Shown here one piece after another: positions 9,216-17,562 of a stretch of 32,000 nucleotides of DNA. The stretch comes from Ignicoccus hospitalis KIN4/I (GTDB taxonomy: Archaea; Thermoproteota; Thermoprotei_A; Sulfolobales; Ignicoccaceae), in assembly GCF_000017945.1 (NCBI RefSeq), contig NC_009776.1, positions 750,001 to 782,000 on the forward strand. The letters run 5' to 3'. A program made the translations under genes and the position numbers. Under the pieces are notes generated by a model that did no database searches, had not been told where the DNA came from, and worked only from the letters and a program-made list of their open reading frames with translations. Each line of letters starts with the position of its first letter. Position 1 is the first letter of the stretch.

Positions 9216-9903
9216 CGAGGTGGAGCTGCCGTTGCAAGTTTACTACGCCTTGAAGCACCCGGACGGCACTAAGTCGTTCGATTACTGGCTGCTGAAGCAA
9301 GCCCACTTAGCCAGGAAGTTCTACGTCGGGACTTACTATATACCCTCCAAAAAGATGTACACGGCAGTGTTCAAGAGGATAGGCGCTGCCGACCCGAGGG
9401 CGTTCGTCGAGGTTACCCCAAACGAGTTGAGGAACTCCTACAAGATGATCTGCATAAAGGGCTGCGGTCAGTGTTGCGAGAGGAACTCCGGCGCGGTGAT
9501 GCTCGAGACGGAGGCTCGCGATTTAGGTATAGAGATAAAGGATAAGCCCGCGTTCAAGGTGACCTTAGTGGACGGCGCCGAGGAGAGGGTGTACCGGCTG
9601 GACACCCGGCGCGCTGGCCAGTGCGCCTTCTTCAATAGGGCTAGGAGGTCTTGTGCGTTGGGGCGGAGGAAGCCAATCCTCTGCACGATCTCTTACTGCG
9701 GCGCCTTTGCTGAGAGGAAGGGGGAGAAGTACGTCAGAGTGTCCGGCAAGTTCTTACCAGATAACAAGGTAGAAATGGTCTTCGAGAGGGTTACGGACTC
9801 GGAGTGGGAGGAGCTCACGAGGATGGTTAGGTCCGGCGTTAACGTGTGGAGGGCAGTCGCGGAGCTGTTGAGGAGGAGGAATATTACTTCGCGGGCCGGT
9901 TAA
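9184..9903 (+). CDS. YkgJ/CxxCxxCC-type cysteine cluster protein
   Basis: CIKGCGQCCERNSGAVML...CAFFNRARRSCALGRRKPILCTISYCG: eight-Cys pattern of the Zn/Fe-chelating family; 5' end overlaps priS. Confidence 0.8.
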   Translation: MKYFASTGPLSEVELPLQVYYALKHPDGTKSFDYWLLKQAHLARKFYVGTYYIPSKKMYTAVFKRIGAADPRAFVEVTPNELRNSYKMICIKGCGQCCERNSGAVMLETEARDLGIEIKDKPAFKVTLVDGAEERVYRLDTRRAGQCAFFNRARRSCALGRRKPILCTISYCGAFAERKGEKYVRVSGKFLPDNKVEMVFERVTDSEWEELTRMVRSGVNVWRAVAELLRRRNITSRAG

Positions 9904-9944
9904 ATGGCTCGGAGGGGCACTATAACCGTTCCGGGAGAGAGGGC

Positions 9945-10142
9945 GTGGACCCCAAGAGGCTAATCGAGATGGAACTCGAGAAGCTAGAGCTTGAGATAAA
10001 GAGCTTGGAGAGGAAGCTCAAGCTGTTAGAGCCCATAGCCGAGGAAGACGAAGAGGCTAGGTTAGAACTGATAGGTACTAAGGCCCTCCTCAACTTGTAC
10101 CGGAGCGACGCCCAGAAGCTGGCCGAATTCCTAACAAGCTAA
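9945..10142 (+). CDS. Small (about 65 aa) charged coiled-coil hypothetical protein
   Basis: GTG start giving MDPKRLIEMELEKLELEIKSLERKLKLLEPIAEEDEEARLELIG...; heptad-like Leu/charged pattern. Confidence 0.6.
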   Translation: MDPKRLIEMELEKLELEIKSLERKLKLLEPIAEEDEEARLELIGTKALLNLYRSDAQKLAEFLTS

Positions 10143-10869
10143 GCCTATCCTTATACGACGGGAACTCCCTCCATTCTTCTATTTTATCCTTATCGAGCTC
10201 GGTTACGAGGAGTCCCTCGCCCTCGCCTAAGGTCGTTTCTCCCTCGGGCGTGGAGGAGGAGCTCCACCCGCCGAAGGGCCCGTGGAGGCCCTCTCCCCAA
10301 CGGTTAACCCCCAAGACGTAGCTCGAAGCCTCCACCGCCCTGGCCCGTAAGAGCGTGCGCCAGTGCTCCTTCCTCGAGGAGGGCCACGCGGCGGGGACCA
10401 CCAAGGCCTCGGCGTCCAGCACCCGCGCGAACAGCTCCGGGAACCTCAACTCGTAGCATATCAAGACTGAGAACTTTAGGTCCTTAAGGTAGAACGTGGT
10501 TGGGGGTTCGCCCCTCGCGAAGGTCTGGTGTTCCCCCATGGGCTCGAACAACATGAACTTCTTTCTGACGTGGAGCACGTCCCCGTCGCGGACGATCAAA
10601 TATGAGTTGTAAGTTTTATCTCCCTCGAAGTAGGTCGCGCCCACGCCTATAGCTACTCCGTCGCTCAGCTCCTTTATGCGGTTAACAGCCCCGCGCACGT
10701 CTTCCTTAGAGGGTATCGAAAATCCGGTCAGGGAGAGCTCGGGGGTGAAGGCAGCTTCCACAGAATAATGTTCAATAGCGTACTTCAATGATGCCTCAAT
10801 TCTCTTTAGGTTAGCGTGTACGTTCCCGTCCGTTACCTTCATCTGGACTAAGGCGACGCGCAAGCCCAT
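10090..10869 (-). CDS. Carbon-nitrogen hydrolase (nitrilase superfamily)
   Basis: Glu-Lys-Cys signature: FTPELSLTGF, RKKFMLFEP, SVLICYELRFPELF, and the downstream VPAAWP; ATG start at 10869. Confidence 0.92.
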   Translation of the reverse strand: MGLRVALVQMKVTDGNVHANLKRIEASLKYAIEHYSVEAAFTPELSLTGFSIPSKEDVRGAVNRIKELSDGVAIGVGATYFEGDKTYNSYLIVRDGDVLHVRKKFMLFEPMGEHQTFARGEPPTTFYLKDLKFSVLICYELRFPELFARVLDAEALVVPAAWPSSRKEHWRTLLRARAVEASSYVLGVNRWGEGLHGPFGGWSSSSTPEGETTLGEGEGLLVTELDKDKIEEWREFPSYKDRLSLLGIRPASGRRSGTS

Positions 10870-10965
10870 GTCCCCCTTAGGTTTCCGGAATGACGATTTA
10901 TTTTCCAAGCAAGCTCTGCAGCTCCACCTAGAGAAGGGGGTATATTTTATGAGAAATCTAGATCT

Positions 10966-10992
10966 AATATAGGCAACGTCTATACCTATATT
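10966..10992. promoter_or_regulatory. Perfect 8-bp inverted repeat in the nitrilase/padR divergent intergenic region; candidate operator
   Basis: aatatagg (10966-10973) - 11 nt - cctatatt (10985-10992), in an AT-rich region between divergent start codons. Confidence 0.4.
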
Positions 10993-11028
10993 CACATATC
11001 TGTCAAAAAGCCCGGCGCACAAAGTCCG

Positions 11029-11418
11029 GTGGGGATGGAACTTTTGAGGAAATTAACCGAAGTTAAGATAGAACTTGGACACAGGTCCTACAAATTGAAC
11101 GTCCTCGGCCTCTACGTCCTCCACTCTTTGTCGAACGGGCCTAAGAACGGCTACGATTTATTGAAAGAACTCAAAAGGTTGACAAATAACAAGTGGGTAC
11201 CTCCCAAAAGTACAATCTACCCCTTGTTGAAGAAGATGGTGGAAGAGGGGCTGCTGGACGTAGACGAGCACGGCGTCTACAGCCTCACGGAGGCGGGACG
11301 GGCCGTGCTCAAGGCCTTGCGCCGCAACTCGGAGGCGATAAACGAGCTGGAGGAGAACATCAGCCTAATATTGAAGATAATAGAGGAGATAAAGTCCGAA
11401 GTACAGACGCAAGAATAA
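11029..11418 (+). CDS. PadR-family winged-helix transcriptional regulator
   Basis: LHSLSNGPKNGYDLLKELKRLTNNKWVPPKSTIYPLLKKMVEEGLLDVDEHGVYSLTEAGRAVL; start GTG 11029 or ATG 11035. Confidence 0.88.
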   Translation: MGMELLRKLTEVKIELGHRSYKLNVLGLYVLHSLSNGPKNGYDLLKELKRLTNNKWVPPKSTIYPLLKKMVEEGLLDVDEHGVYSLTEAGRAVLKALRRNSEAINELEENISLILKIIEEIKSEVQTQE

Positions 11419-11425
11419 AAGGCCC

Positions 11426-11444
11426 CCCGCCCTCCTCTGGCGGG
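11426..11444 (+). terminator. Possible GC hairpin between padR and aminotransferase genes
   Basis: cccgcc - ctcctct - ggcggg, 6-bp stem and 7-nt loop just after the padR stop; no clear T-tract, so terminator function is doubtful. Confidence 0.2.
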
Positions 11445-11460
11445 ACTTGGGTGGGAGCTA

Positions 11461-12675
11461 TTGCTCGACATAAAGTCGTTCATCGCTGACAGGGTCTCGT
11501 TAATGGAGTCGTCGGAGATAAGGGAGATACTGGAGCTAACTGAAGGTAAGAACGTAATAAGCTTGGCCGGCGGCCTCCCTGACCCGAAGTACTTCCCTAC
11601 CGAGGAGCTCGCCGAGATATCGGCGTACGTGATTAAGGAGTACGGCGCGCGCGCCTTGCAATACAGCATAACGAGGGGCTTGAGGGAGTTCAGGAAGGAG
11701 ATAGCGGCTTTCATGGAAAGGACCGGAACGCCCGGTGAGATGCCTTATAACATAATAGTCACTTCCGGAAGCCAGCAAGCCTTGAACCTCTTGGCCCAAG
11801 TCTTGGTGAACCCCGGAGACATAGTAGTAGTCGAAAAGCCAACCTACTTGGCGGCAATAAACGAGTTCAAGTCCGTAGGTGCCCTCTTCGAGGGCATACC
11901 CATAGACGACGACGGTATGAGGACCGATATCCTCGAGGAGAGGCTCAAGGCTTTGAAAGCCGAAGGCAAGAAAGTCAAAGTCGTCTACACCGTGCCCACC
12001 GCCCAGAACCCCTCGGGCGTCAGCATGAGCAACGAGAGACGCTCCCACTTGCTAGAGCTCGCGGAGGAGTACGACTTCTTGATAATAGAGGACGACCCCT
12101 ACAGCCACTTCATGTTTGAGGACGTGGACTTCAAAAGGCTAAGGAGTATGGACAAATATAGAGTGATATACACTAGCACCTTCAGCAAGATACTGGCCCC
12201 TGGGCTGAGGCTGGGGTGGGTGGCGGCGCACCCGGAGGTAATAGACGCCTTGGAAATAGCCAAACAGAACGCGGACCTACACACGCCGACCTTCAACCAA
12301 CTAATTGCGACCGAGGCGCTCAAGAGGGGGGTAGTGGATAGACACATCCCCAAGGTCAAAGAAGCTTACAAGAAGAAGAGGGACGCTATGCTAAACGCCT
12401 TGGAGGAGTACATGGACGGCGCGGCCAAGTGGACCAAGCCGGTCGGGGGACTCTTCGTCTTCGTCTACTTAGATGAGAACATAGACACTAAGGAGATGTT
12501 GCCCGCGGCCCTCTCGGCCGGCGTGGCTTACGTCCCCGGCAGCGCGTTCTACGTCGACGGCAGCGGGCGCAACACGATGAGGCTCAACTTCAGCTACCCG
12601 GACGAGGAGGAGATAAGGGTAGGCATCGAGAGGCTGTCCCAAGTAGTTAAGAGTTACGTCAGAGGTAGCGTTTAA
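11461..12675 (+). CDS. PLP-dependent class I/II aminotransferase (2-aminoadipate/aromatic aminotransferase-like)
   Basis: VISLAGGLPDPKYFP, TSGSQQALNLL, PTAQNPSGVSMS, IIEDDPY, YTSTFSKILAPGLRLGW (PLP Lys), NTMRLNFSYP. Confidence 0.93.
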   Translation: MLDIKSFIADRVSLMESSEIREILELTEGKNVISLAGGLPDPKYFPTEELAEISAYVIKEYGARALQYSITRGLREFRKEIAAFMERTGTPGEMPYNIIVTSGSQQALNLLAQVLVNPGDIVVVEKPTYLAAINEFKSVGALFEGIPIDDDGMRTDILEERLKALKAEGKKVKVVYTVPTAQNPSGVSMSNERRSHLLELAEEYDFLIIEDDPYSHFMFEDVDFKRLRSMDKYRVIYTSTFSKILAPGLRLGWVAAHPEVIDALEIAKQNADLHTPTFNQLIATEALKRGVVDRHIPKVKEAYKKKRDAMLNALEEYMDGAAKWTKPVGGLFVFVYLDENIDTKEMLPAALSAGVAYVPGSAFYVDGSGRNTMRLNFSYPDEEEIRVGIERLSQVVKSYVRGSV

Positions 12676-12708
12676 AATCCCAGATAGTGAAGGCGGGGGG
12701 AGACGAGC

Positions 12709-13188
12709 GTGAACAAGAGGAAGGAGAAGGGCAAGTCCCACTCAAAGAGGCCCGTGAGGAATACCCCGCCGCGCTGGGTGCCCTTCGGCCCCGAGGAGAT
12801 CAAGGCGCTAATAGTGGAGCTCAGCAAGAAGGGCTACGGACCCTCGATGATCGGAATAATATTGAGGGACCAGTTCGGAGTCCCTCTGGTAAAGCCCATC
12901 GTGGGCAAGAAGCTAGTAAAAATAATGGAAGAGCAGGGCGTCGCCCCTCCGATACCGGAGGACCTCTTCCACTTGATGAAGAGGGCAGTGAGGGTCAGGG
13001 CTCACTTGGCCGAGCACCCCAAGGACAAGCACTCCGCTAGGGGACTAATGGAGATAGAGTCCAAGATAAGGAGGTTAGTCAAGTACTACAAGAGGGTCGG
13101 CAAGCTGCCTCCGGACTGGAAGTACGACCCGGAGAGGGCGAGACTTCTTGTCCAGCAGTACTCAGCGCTCTTCGAGTCCGGAGCTTAG
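12709..13188 (+). CDS. rps15: 30S ribosomal protein S15 (archaeal/eukaryotic S13e type)
   Basis: [47 protein letters not shown]...[31 protein letters not shown]. Confidence 0.96.
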   Translation: MNKRKEKGKSHSKRPVRNTPPRWVPFGPEEIKALIVELSKKGYGPSMIGIILRDQFGVPLVKPIVGKKLVKIMEEQGVAPPIPEDLFHLMKRAVRVRAHLAEHPKDKHSARGLMEIESKIRRLVKYYKRVGKLPPDWKYDPERARLLVQQYSALFESGA

Positions 13189-14497
13189 CCTCGTCCAATT
13201 TTTGAAGAGCCACGAGGACGCGGCCTCACAGAAAGTGTTGGAGAAGGCTCTCGAATTCGTCGACTCCTTAAAGGACTACGGGTTTGTTAGAGTATACGCC
13301 TCCCCTACCTTCGAGGAGCTCGTAGCGGCCTCGCAGCTTCAACAGACCCTCGAGAACAACTCGATAAAGGCGATAGTAGACGTTTTCCCATTTAGGGAGC
13401 CAGACAATCAGTCTCCCCTCATAACCTTGGGCATGCGCGCGCCTAAGAGGAGCGGCCCCACGCTTGAGATAGTCCCCAGCCAGCCCTTGGTCACCGAAAA
13501 TAAGGTCAGCTTCTGGGTCAAGAACGCCAACTCTAGCACGATAGTAATAAAACTGCTTGAGGAGAGGTTCGTAGTTAAGGACGACCACAAGATATTCTCT
13601 ATAATAGCGTCTTACGCGGCCGAGGAGAACCCCCTAGAGGGCTTGACTTACCTAATAGTTGAGTCTTTGAAGGTAGCGAATATAGTTAAAGAAGACATAA
13701 CGTTCTCCTTGTACAAGTGGAAGAGCCTGCCCTTGTGTCACTCCGTGGCTTACACTGCCGTGCCCTTCTTCGTATCCTTGGCCGCCTCGCCTGAGAAGGT
13801 CTGCAATTACTTGAAAGAGAACAAAGTAGATATAGACGAGACTACTAGTATAAGGGACCTAATGCAGAGGAAGGAGAGCGAGGAGCTGGTCGAAATAATA
13901 AAGTTGTTAGTCTCCTACTTGGAGGAGGTCAGCAAGAGGCCCAACAGGGACCCCACGGAAATAATAGACCGAGGGGTGGAGCTGGAGGAGGAGGTCCTCA
14001 AGGAGAGGAAGCTCCCCCGCTCTCTGGTTCACGGCTTCAAGCAAGCGACCTACGTATTCCTAACAACGATAGACTTGAGCGCGTTCCACGTGATAGCCCT
14101 GCCCGCGCTGTCTTACTACTTCTACCGGGCAGACGAGCTCTACGTTAGCAGCGTTAGGTTCGCCGCGAGGGAGTTGCCGAACTCGCTCATAGGTTCCAAG
14201 ATAATAGTCCAGAGCGGCAAGAAGTTGACAGTGCTACCCTTAGATCAAGTCCCCCCTTCCCCCACTTTGCTCTACAGGATGGTAAGGGACTACGGCGTGG
14301 GGAGGGACGTGGGTCACGTAGTAGTGTTCAAGGTGGGCAAGAACGTCTTTATACCGATAGATTCTATAAAGAGAAGTGGTTTGGACTTGGAGAGGAGCGT
14401 GAGGAGGGCTGTGGAGGACGGTTGGGAGATAAGAGGAGGCTCGTTGGTGGCCGAGGACGAGAAGCTTGAGCGAGTCAAGAAACTGTTGTTCGGTTAA
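13148..14497 (+). CDS. RecJ/Cdc45-family-like protein with degenerate DHH catalytic motifs
   Basis: About 430-449 aa ORF between rps15 and pcc1, the conserved archaeal location of RecJ-like genes; RecJ-like layout, but no HxDxDG or DHH motif ([15 protein letters not shown]... and IKAIVDVFP at the corresponding positions); start uncertain (13148 or TTG 13202). Confidence 0.6.
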   Translation: MSSSTQRSSSPELSLVQFLKSHEDAASQKVLEKALEFVDSLKDYGFVRVYASPTFEELVAASQLQQTLENNSIKAIVDVFPFREPDNQSPLITLGMRAPKRSGPTLEIVPSQPLVTENKVSFWVKNANSSTIVIKLLEERFVVKDDHKIFSIIASYAAEENPLEGLTYLIVESLKVANIVKEDITFSLYKWKSLPLCHSVAYTAVPFFVSLAASPEKVCNYLKENKVDIDETTSIRDLMQRKESEELVEIIKLLVSYLEEVSKRPNRDPTEIIDRGVELEEEVLKERKLPRSLVHGFKQATYVFLTTIDLSAFHVIALPALSYYFYRADELYVSSVRFAARELPNSLIGSKIIVQSGKKLTVLPLDQVPPSPTLLYRMVRDYGVGRDVGHVVVFKVGKNVFIPIDSIKRSGLDLERSVRRAVEDGWEIRGGSLVAEDEKLERVKKLLFG

Positions 14498-14741
14498 GCT
14501 GACCTTGAAGGTTATTACGGACTCGGAGGAAGAGGCAAAGAAGCTGCTCAGCGCGCTCAAGCCGGACGACGTGGAGGTCCCGGGTTTGGAGTACTCCTCT
14601 AGTGTGGATGGAAATTCAGTGATATATGTGTTCGACTACACGCCTAACGTGCTGAGGCTCAGAAACGCCGCGGACGAGGTCTTGGAGCACGCGTCTTTGG
14701 TTGAAGCAATTAAAGGGGTAACCCAAGCCCGCGAGGGGTAG
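14466..14741 (+). CDS. pcc1: KEOPS complex subunit Pcc1
   Basis: Small alpha/beta protein ending ...SSVDGNSVIYVFDYTPNVLRLRNAADEVLEHASLVEAIKGV; location between RecJ-like and rps3ae; exact start uncertain. Confidence 0.75.
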   Translation: MSESRNCCSVKLTLKVITDSEEEAKKLLSALKPDDVEVPGLEYSSSVDGNSVIYVFDYTPNVLRLRNAADEVLEHASLVEAIKGVTQAREG

Positions 14742-14747
14742 CAAGGG

Positions 14748-15386
14748 ATGTCTGCTAGGAGGAGGGGAGCGCTCAAGGATAAGTGGAAAATAAAGAAGTG
14801 GTATGAGATAATCACGCCGGACGTGTTCAACAATGTCAGCGTGGGCCAGACCCCGGCCGACGAGGCGTGGAAGCTCATCGGAAGGACCGTGGACACTACC
14901 CTATACGACATAACCGGCGACTTCACGTACGTACACGTCCACGTGTACCTTCAAATAAACAAGGTAGACGAAGAGGCGTTGAAGGCATACACTATATTCA
15001 AGGGTCACGAGCTCGCGAGGGATTACATAAGGAGCTTGACCAGAAGGAAGAGCTCCAAGATAGAGGGCATATTCGACGTCTGGACGAAGGACGGTTACGG
15101 CCTGAGGATCACCGTGGATACCTTCACCGCTTACAGGTGTCAGACCAGCCAGAAGAGGGCTATAAGGAAGATACAGAAGGAAGTGATAGAAGAGATGGTG
15201 CCTCAAATGACGTTGGACGAGGTAATAAATGCCATGCTCTTCGGCGACATAGCTGAGGAGATCTCAAACAGAGCTAGGAAAATCTACCCGATAAGAAGGA
15301 CCGAAATATACAAGTCGAAAGTCCTCTACATGCCTAGCCCGGAGGGCCCGATTAAGGCGGTCATCGTGCCGAAACCCCCCGCTTAG
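14748..15386 (+). CDS. rps3ae: 30S ribosomal protein S3Ae
   Basis: KDKWKIKKWYEIITPDVFNNVSVGQTPADEAWKLIGRTVDTTLYDITGDFTYVHV...FDVWTKDGYGLRITVDTFTAYRCQTSQKRAIRK. Confidence 0.97.
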   Translation: MSARRRGALKDKWKIKKWYEIITPDVFNNVSVGQTPADEAWKLIGRTVDTTLYDITGDFTYVHVHVYLQINKVDEEALKAYTIFKGHELARDYIRSLTRRKSSKIEGIFDVWTKDGYGLRITVDTFTAYRCQTSQKRAIRKIQKEVIEEMVPQMTLDEVINAMLFGDIAEEISNRARKIYPIRRTEIYKSKVLYMPSPEGPIKAVIVPKPPA

Positions 15387-15999
15387 GGCAGAGGTCGGAG
15401 AGCGGGCACTCCGAGCACAGAGGCTTTTTAGCCTTACAGTACTTCCTCCCGAGCAGTATTAGGTACATGTGCGCCTCCCTCGTCCTACCCTTGAAGAGCT
15501 CCTTGAGCCGGGACGAGACCTCCTTGTAAGCGTTTCCGTCGACCAGCCCCAGCCTCTTAGCGACCCTCTTCACGTGCGTGTCTACGGGGAACTCCTCGTG
15601 TCCGAAGCTCATCAACACGACATCGGCCGTTTTCTCGCCTATGCCCTTTATCCTAGTTAGGACGCCTTTGTCTCCCTTTTCTATGGCCTTCTTTACCTCT
15701 TCCCACTTGCGGGCAGCCTCCACGATGGCGGAGGCCTTCTGCTCTTGGAGCCCTGCGGGCCTTATGAGCTCCTTCAACCTCTCCGTTCCGAGCGAGAGGA
15801 CCGCCTCGGGAGTGACCCTCCCCAACGCCTCCTCTAGGTTCCTCCAAGCCGCGAAGGCGTTCTTCTCTGTGGTGTTCTGGGACAGTACGGTCGCCACGAG
15901 CACGGCGAAGGGGTCTTTGTACCTCTTGTACACGTAGTACGCGATGAACTCGTTCTCGTAGTCGTCCAAGTCGCCGAAGACTTCCCTCAGCCTCCTCAA
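15361..15999 (-). CDS. nth: Endonuclease III-like DNA glycosylase with [4Fe-4S] cluster
   Basis: HhH region RIKGIGEKTADVVLMSFGHEEFPVDTHVKRVAKRLGLV and C-terminal CKAKKPLCSECPLSDLC; TTG start at 15999 overlaps upstream stop (TTGA), so the 337-aa track ORF is over-extended. Confidence 0.92.
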   Translation of the reverse strand: MRRLREVFGDLDDYENEFIAYYVYKRYKDPFAVLVATVLSQNTTEKNAFAAWRNLEEALGRVTPEAVLSLGTERLKELIRPAGLQEQKASAIVEAARKWEEVKKAIEKGDKGVLTRIKGIGEKTADVVLMSFGHEEFPVDTHVKRVAKRLGLVDGNAYKEVSSRLKELFKGRTREAHMYLILLGRKYCKAKKPLCSECPLSDLCPKRGVSAR

Positions 16000-16448
16000 C
16001 GTCTCCTCAGCGAGCTCACGAACTTCTGTAGGATGCCCAGCAAGTTCTCTTCCCTCCTCATCTTCTCTAGGGCCGCGAACATGTCGGACAGGTGTTCGAA
16101 CTGGGCCATCCAAGCCAGCACTCCGGCCATTAATACTATTATTAACGTTAGAGCCACTATCCCTACCGCCCTCATGGACATCCTCCAAACGTACCACCTC
16201 TTCTCTATAGGCAAGAGTTCCTTCCTCCTCAATATGTAGATGGTTAGGTCTCTGAGCTCTCTGAAGAGGAGCTTCCCGTCGTAGTACATAACCACGAGAA
16301 GGGGGACCGCGAGGACGCTCATGAACAAGTAGAGGTCGTTCTGGCGGACCCACGAGATCAGCTGGTCCCTCCATTCAATTATCAACTTGGGGAGGAGCCT
16401 TACCCTCGCGAGGAGGTCCTCCAAGGGCTGAGCGCCCTGCGCTCGCAC
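15996..16448 (-). CDS. Small predicted membrane protein (two hydrophobic segments), uncharacterised
   Basis: DLYLFMSVLAVPLLVVMYY and AVGIVALTLIIVLMAGVLAWMA segments; likely GTG start 16448 after the stop of the preceding gene (16469); longer starts possible within the 16697 frame. Confidence 0.6.
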   Translation of the reverse strand: MRAQGAQPLEDLLARVRLLPKLIIEWRDQLISWVRQNDLYLFMSVLAVPLLVVMYYDGKLLFRELRDLTIYILRRKELLPIEKRWYVWRMSMRAVGIVALTLIIVLMAGVLAWMAQFEHLSDMFAALEKMRREENLLGILQKFVSSLRRR

Positions 16449-16468
16449 GCTCGGGGAGAGCGCGACGA

Positions 16469-16783
16469 CTAGCGCTCCCTCAACAACAAGTAAGCGGGTA
16501 CGCTTCCCGGCGCGCAGCAGTAAGTTCTTAACCACAGCGGCCAACAGCGCCCCCTTCGGGCCCTCCACACGTTTACCAAGACTAAAAGCGCGAAGACGGG
16601 GTTGTGCAAAGCCAGCCAGAACGAGGCCAACGCGGAGAGGAAGGGGTGACCGAACAAGGCGTACGCCGCGCTGGAGGGGAGCCACTGGAGGGACCACAAG
16701 AACAGGAGCACCTCAACGACCAGACAGAGGGCTCCACTTGGACTAGGACCAATCATCCGTTCAGCACTCGGGTTCTTCTTCAT
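16469..16783 (-). CDS. Small predicted membrane protein, uncharacterised
   Basis: ATG at 16783 overlaps the queC stop as ATGA; MKKNPSAERMIGPSPSGALCLVVEVLLFLWSLQWL...HNPVFALLVLVNVWRARRG. Confidence 0.6.
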   Translation of the reverse strand: MKKNPSAERMIGPSPSGALCLVVEVLLFLWSLQWLPSSAAYALFGHPFLSALASFWLALHNPVFALLVLVNVWRARRGRCWPLWLRTYCCAPGSVPAYLLLRER

Positions 16784-17562
16784 CGCCCCTTCCGTACGGA
16801 CCTAAGCCACCGGACGTACCACTCGGGGAGCCTCTCGTAACTCTCGGTCAGCGGGTCGGGCACGCCGGCCTCCATGAAGGCCCTCAACCTACTCACACAA
16901 GCCGGGCACGTGCCGCAAGGCCTATCCCCTCCCCTATAGCACGTCCAAGTGAGCTCCAACGGCACCCCCAGCTCTAACGCCCTCTTGACGACGTCCTTCT
17001 TCTTCAGCCGGACGAACGGGGCGTATATAGTTATCTTAGCCTCCCTGCCGGCCCTCTTGAAGTTGAATACTACAGAGGAGCCCTCGTTAAGGGCCCTCTC
17101 CATAGCCTCTACGAACTCCGGGCGGGTGTCCGGGTAGACCGGCTCCCCCGGGGCGTAGTCAGTTCCGTGGAAGCCTACTGAAATTACCCCAAGGCCGTCG
17201 TTCCTTTCTATCATCAACTTTTCCAGTATTGCTCCCGCCGAGGCCAGCAAGACGGCGTTCCTCTGGGGAACGTAGGTCGGGGGCACGAGGCCAGGGACGA
17301 GCTCTTCTGCCTCCGGGACCCCCCTCCCCCCGAGCAAGGCGCTCACTTCTTTTACCTTTTCGAACAAGTCGCTCAAGTCGACTACCAAGTGCTGGGCTCC
17401 GTAGAACTTGGCTACCTCCGCGGCCGCCTTAAGTTCCCTCGCGTGCCTCTGGCCGTAAACCACGGTGAGGGCAACCTTCACGTCCGGGTTGAACTTGTTT
17501 ATTGCGTCAGCGAAGGCGGTGGCGGAGTCCATACCTCCCGAGACCAAGCCTACGAGTATCAC
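16780..17562 (-). CDS. queC: 7-cyano-7-deazaguanine synthase (archaeosine/queuosine precursor pathway)
   Basis: LVSGGMDSATAF PP-loop, TVVYGQRHARELKAA, YVPQRNAVLLA, Zn site CYRGGDRPCGTCPACVSRLRAF; GTG 17562 overlaps upstream stop (GTGA). Confidence 0.95.
   Translation of the reverse strand: MILVGLVSGGMDSATAFADAINKFNPDVKVALTVVYGQRHARELKAAAEVAKFYGAQHLVVDLSDLFEKVKEVSALLGGRGVPEAEELVPGLVPPTYVPQRNAVLLASAGAILEKLMIERNDGLGVISVGFHGTDYAPGEPVYPDTRPEFVEAMERALNEGSSVVFNFKRAGREAKITIYAPFVRLKKKDVVKRALELGVPLELTWTCYRGGDRPCGTCPACVSRLRAFMEAGVPDPLTESYERLPEWYVRWLRSVRKGR

Noticed and set aside
10870-11022. N-terminal extension of the nitrilase ORF (MCAGLFDRYVNIGID...)
   Set aside because: Lies in the AT-rich divergent promoter region; MGLRVALVQMKV at 10869 matches a canonical nitrilase N-terminus.
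11536-12048. 170-aa minus-strand ORF in the aminotransferase gene
   Set aside because: Antisense to a confident aminotransferase; no independent motif.
16024-16374. N-terminal extension of the 337-aa endonuclease III track ORF
   Set aside because: Overlaps the upstream membrane-protein gene and is shadow-like. The Nth domain starts near TTG 15999, which has a TTGA overlap.
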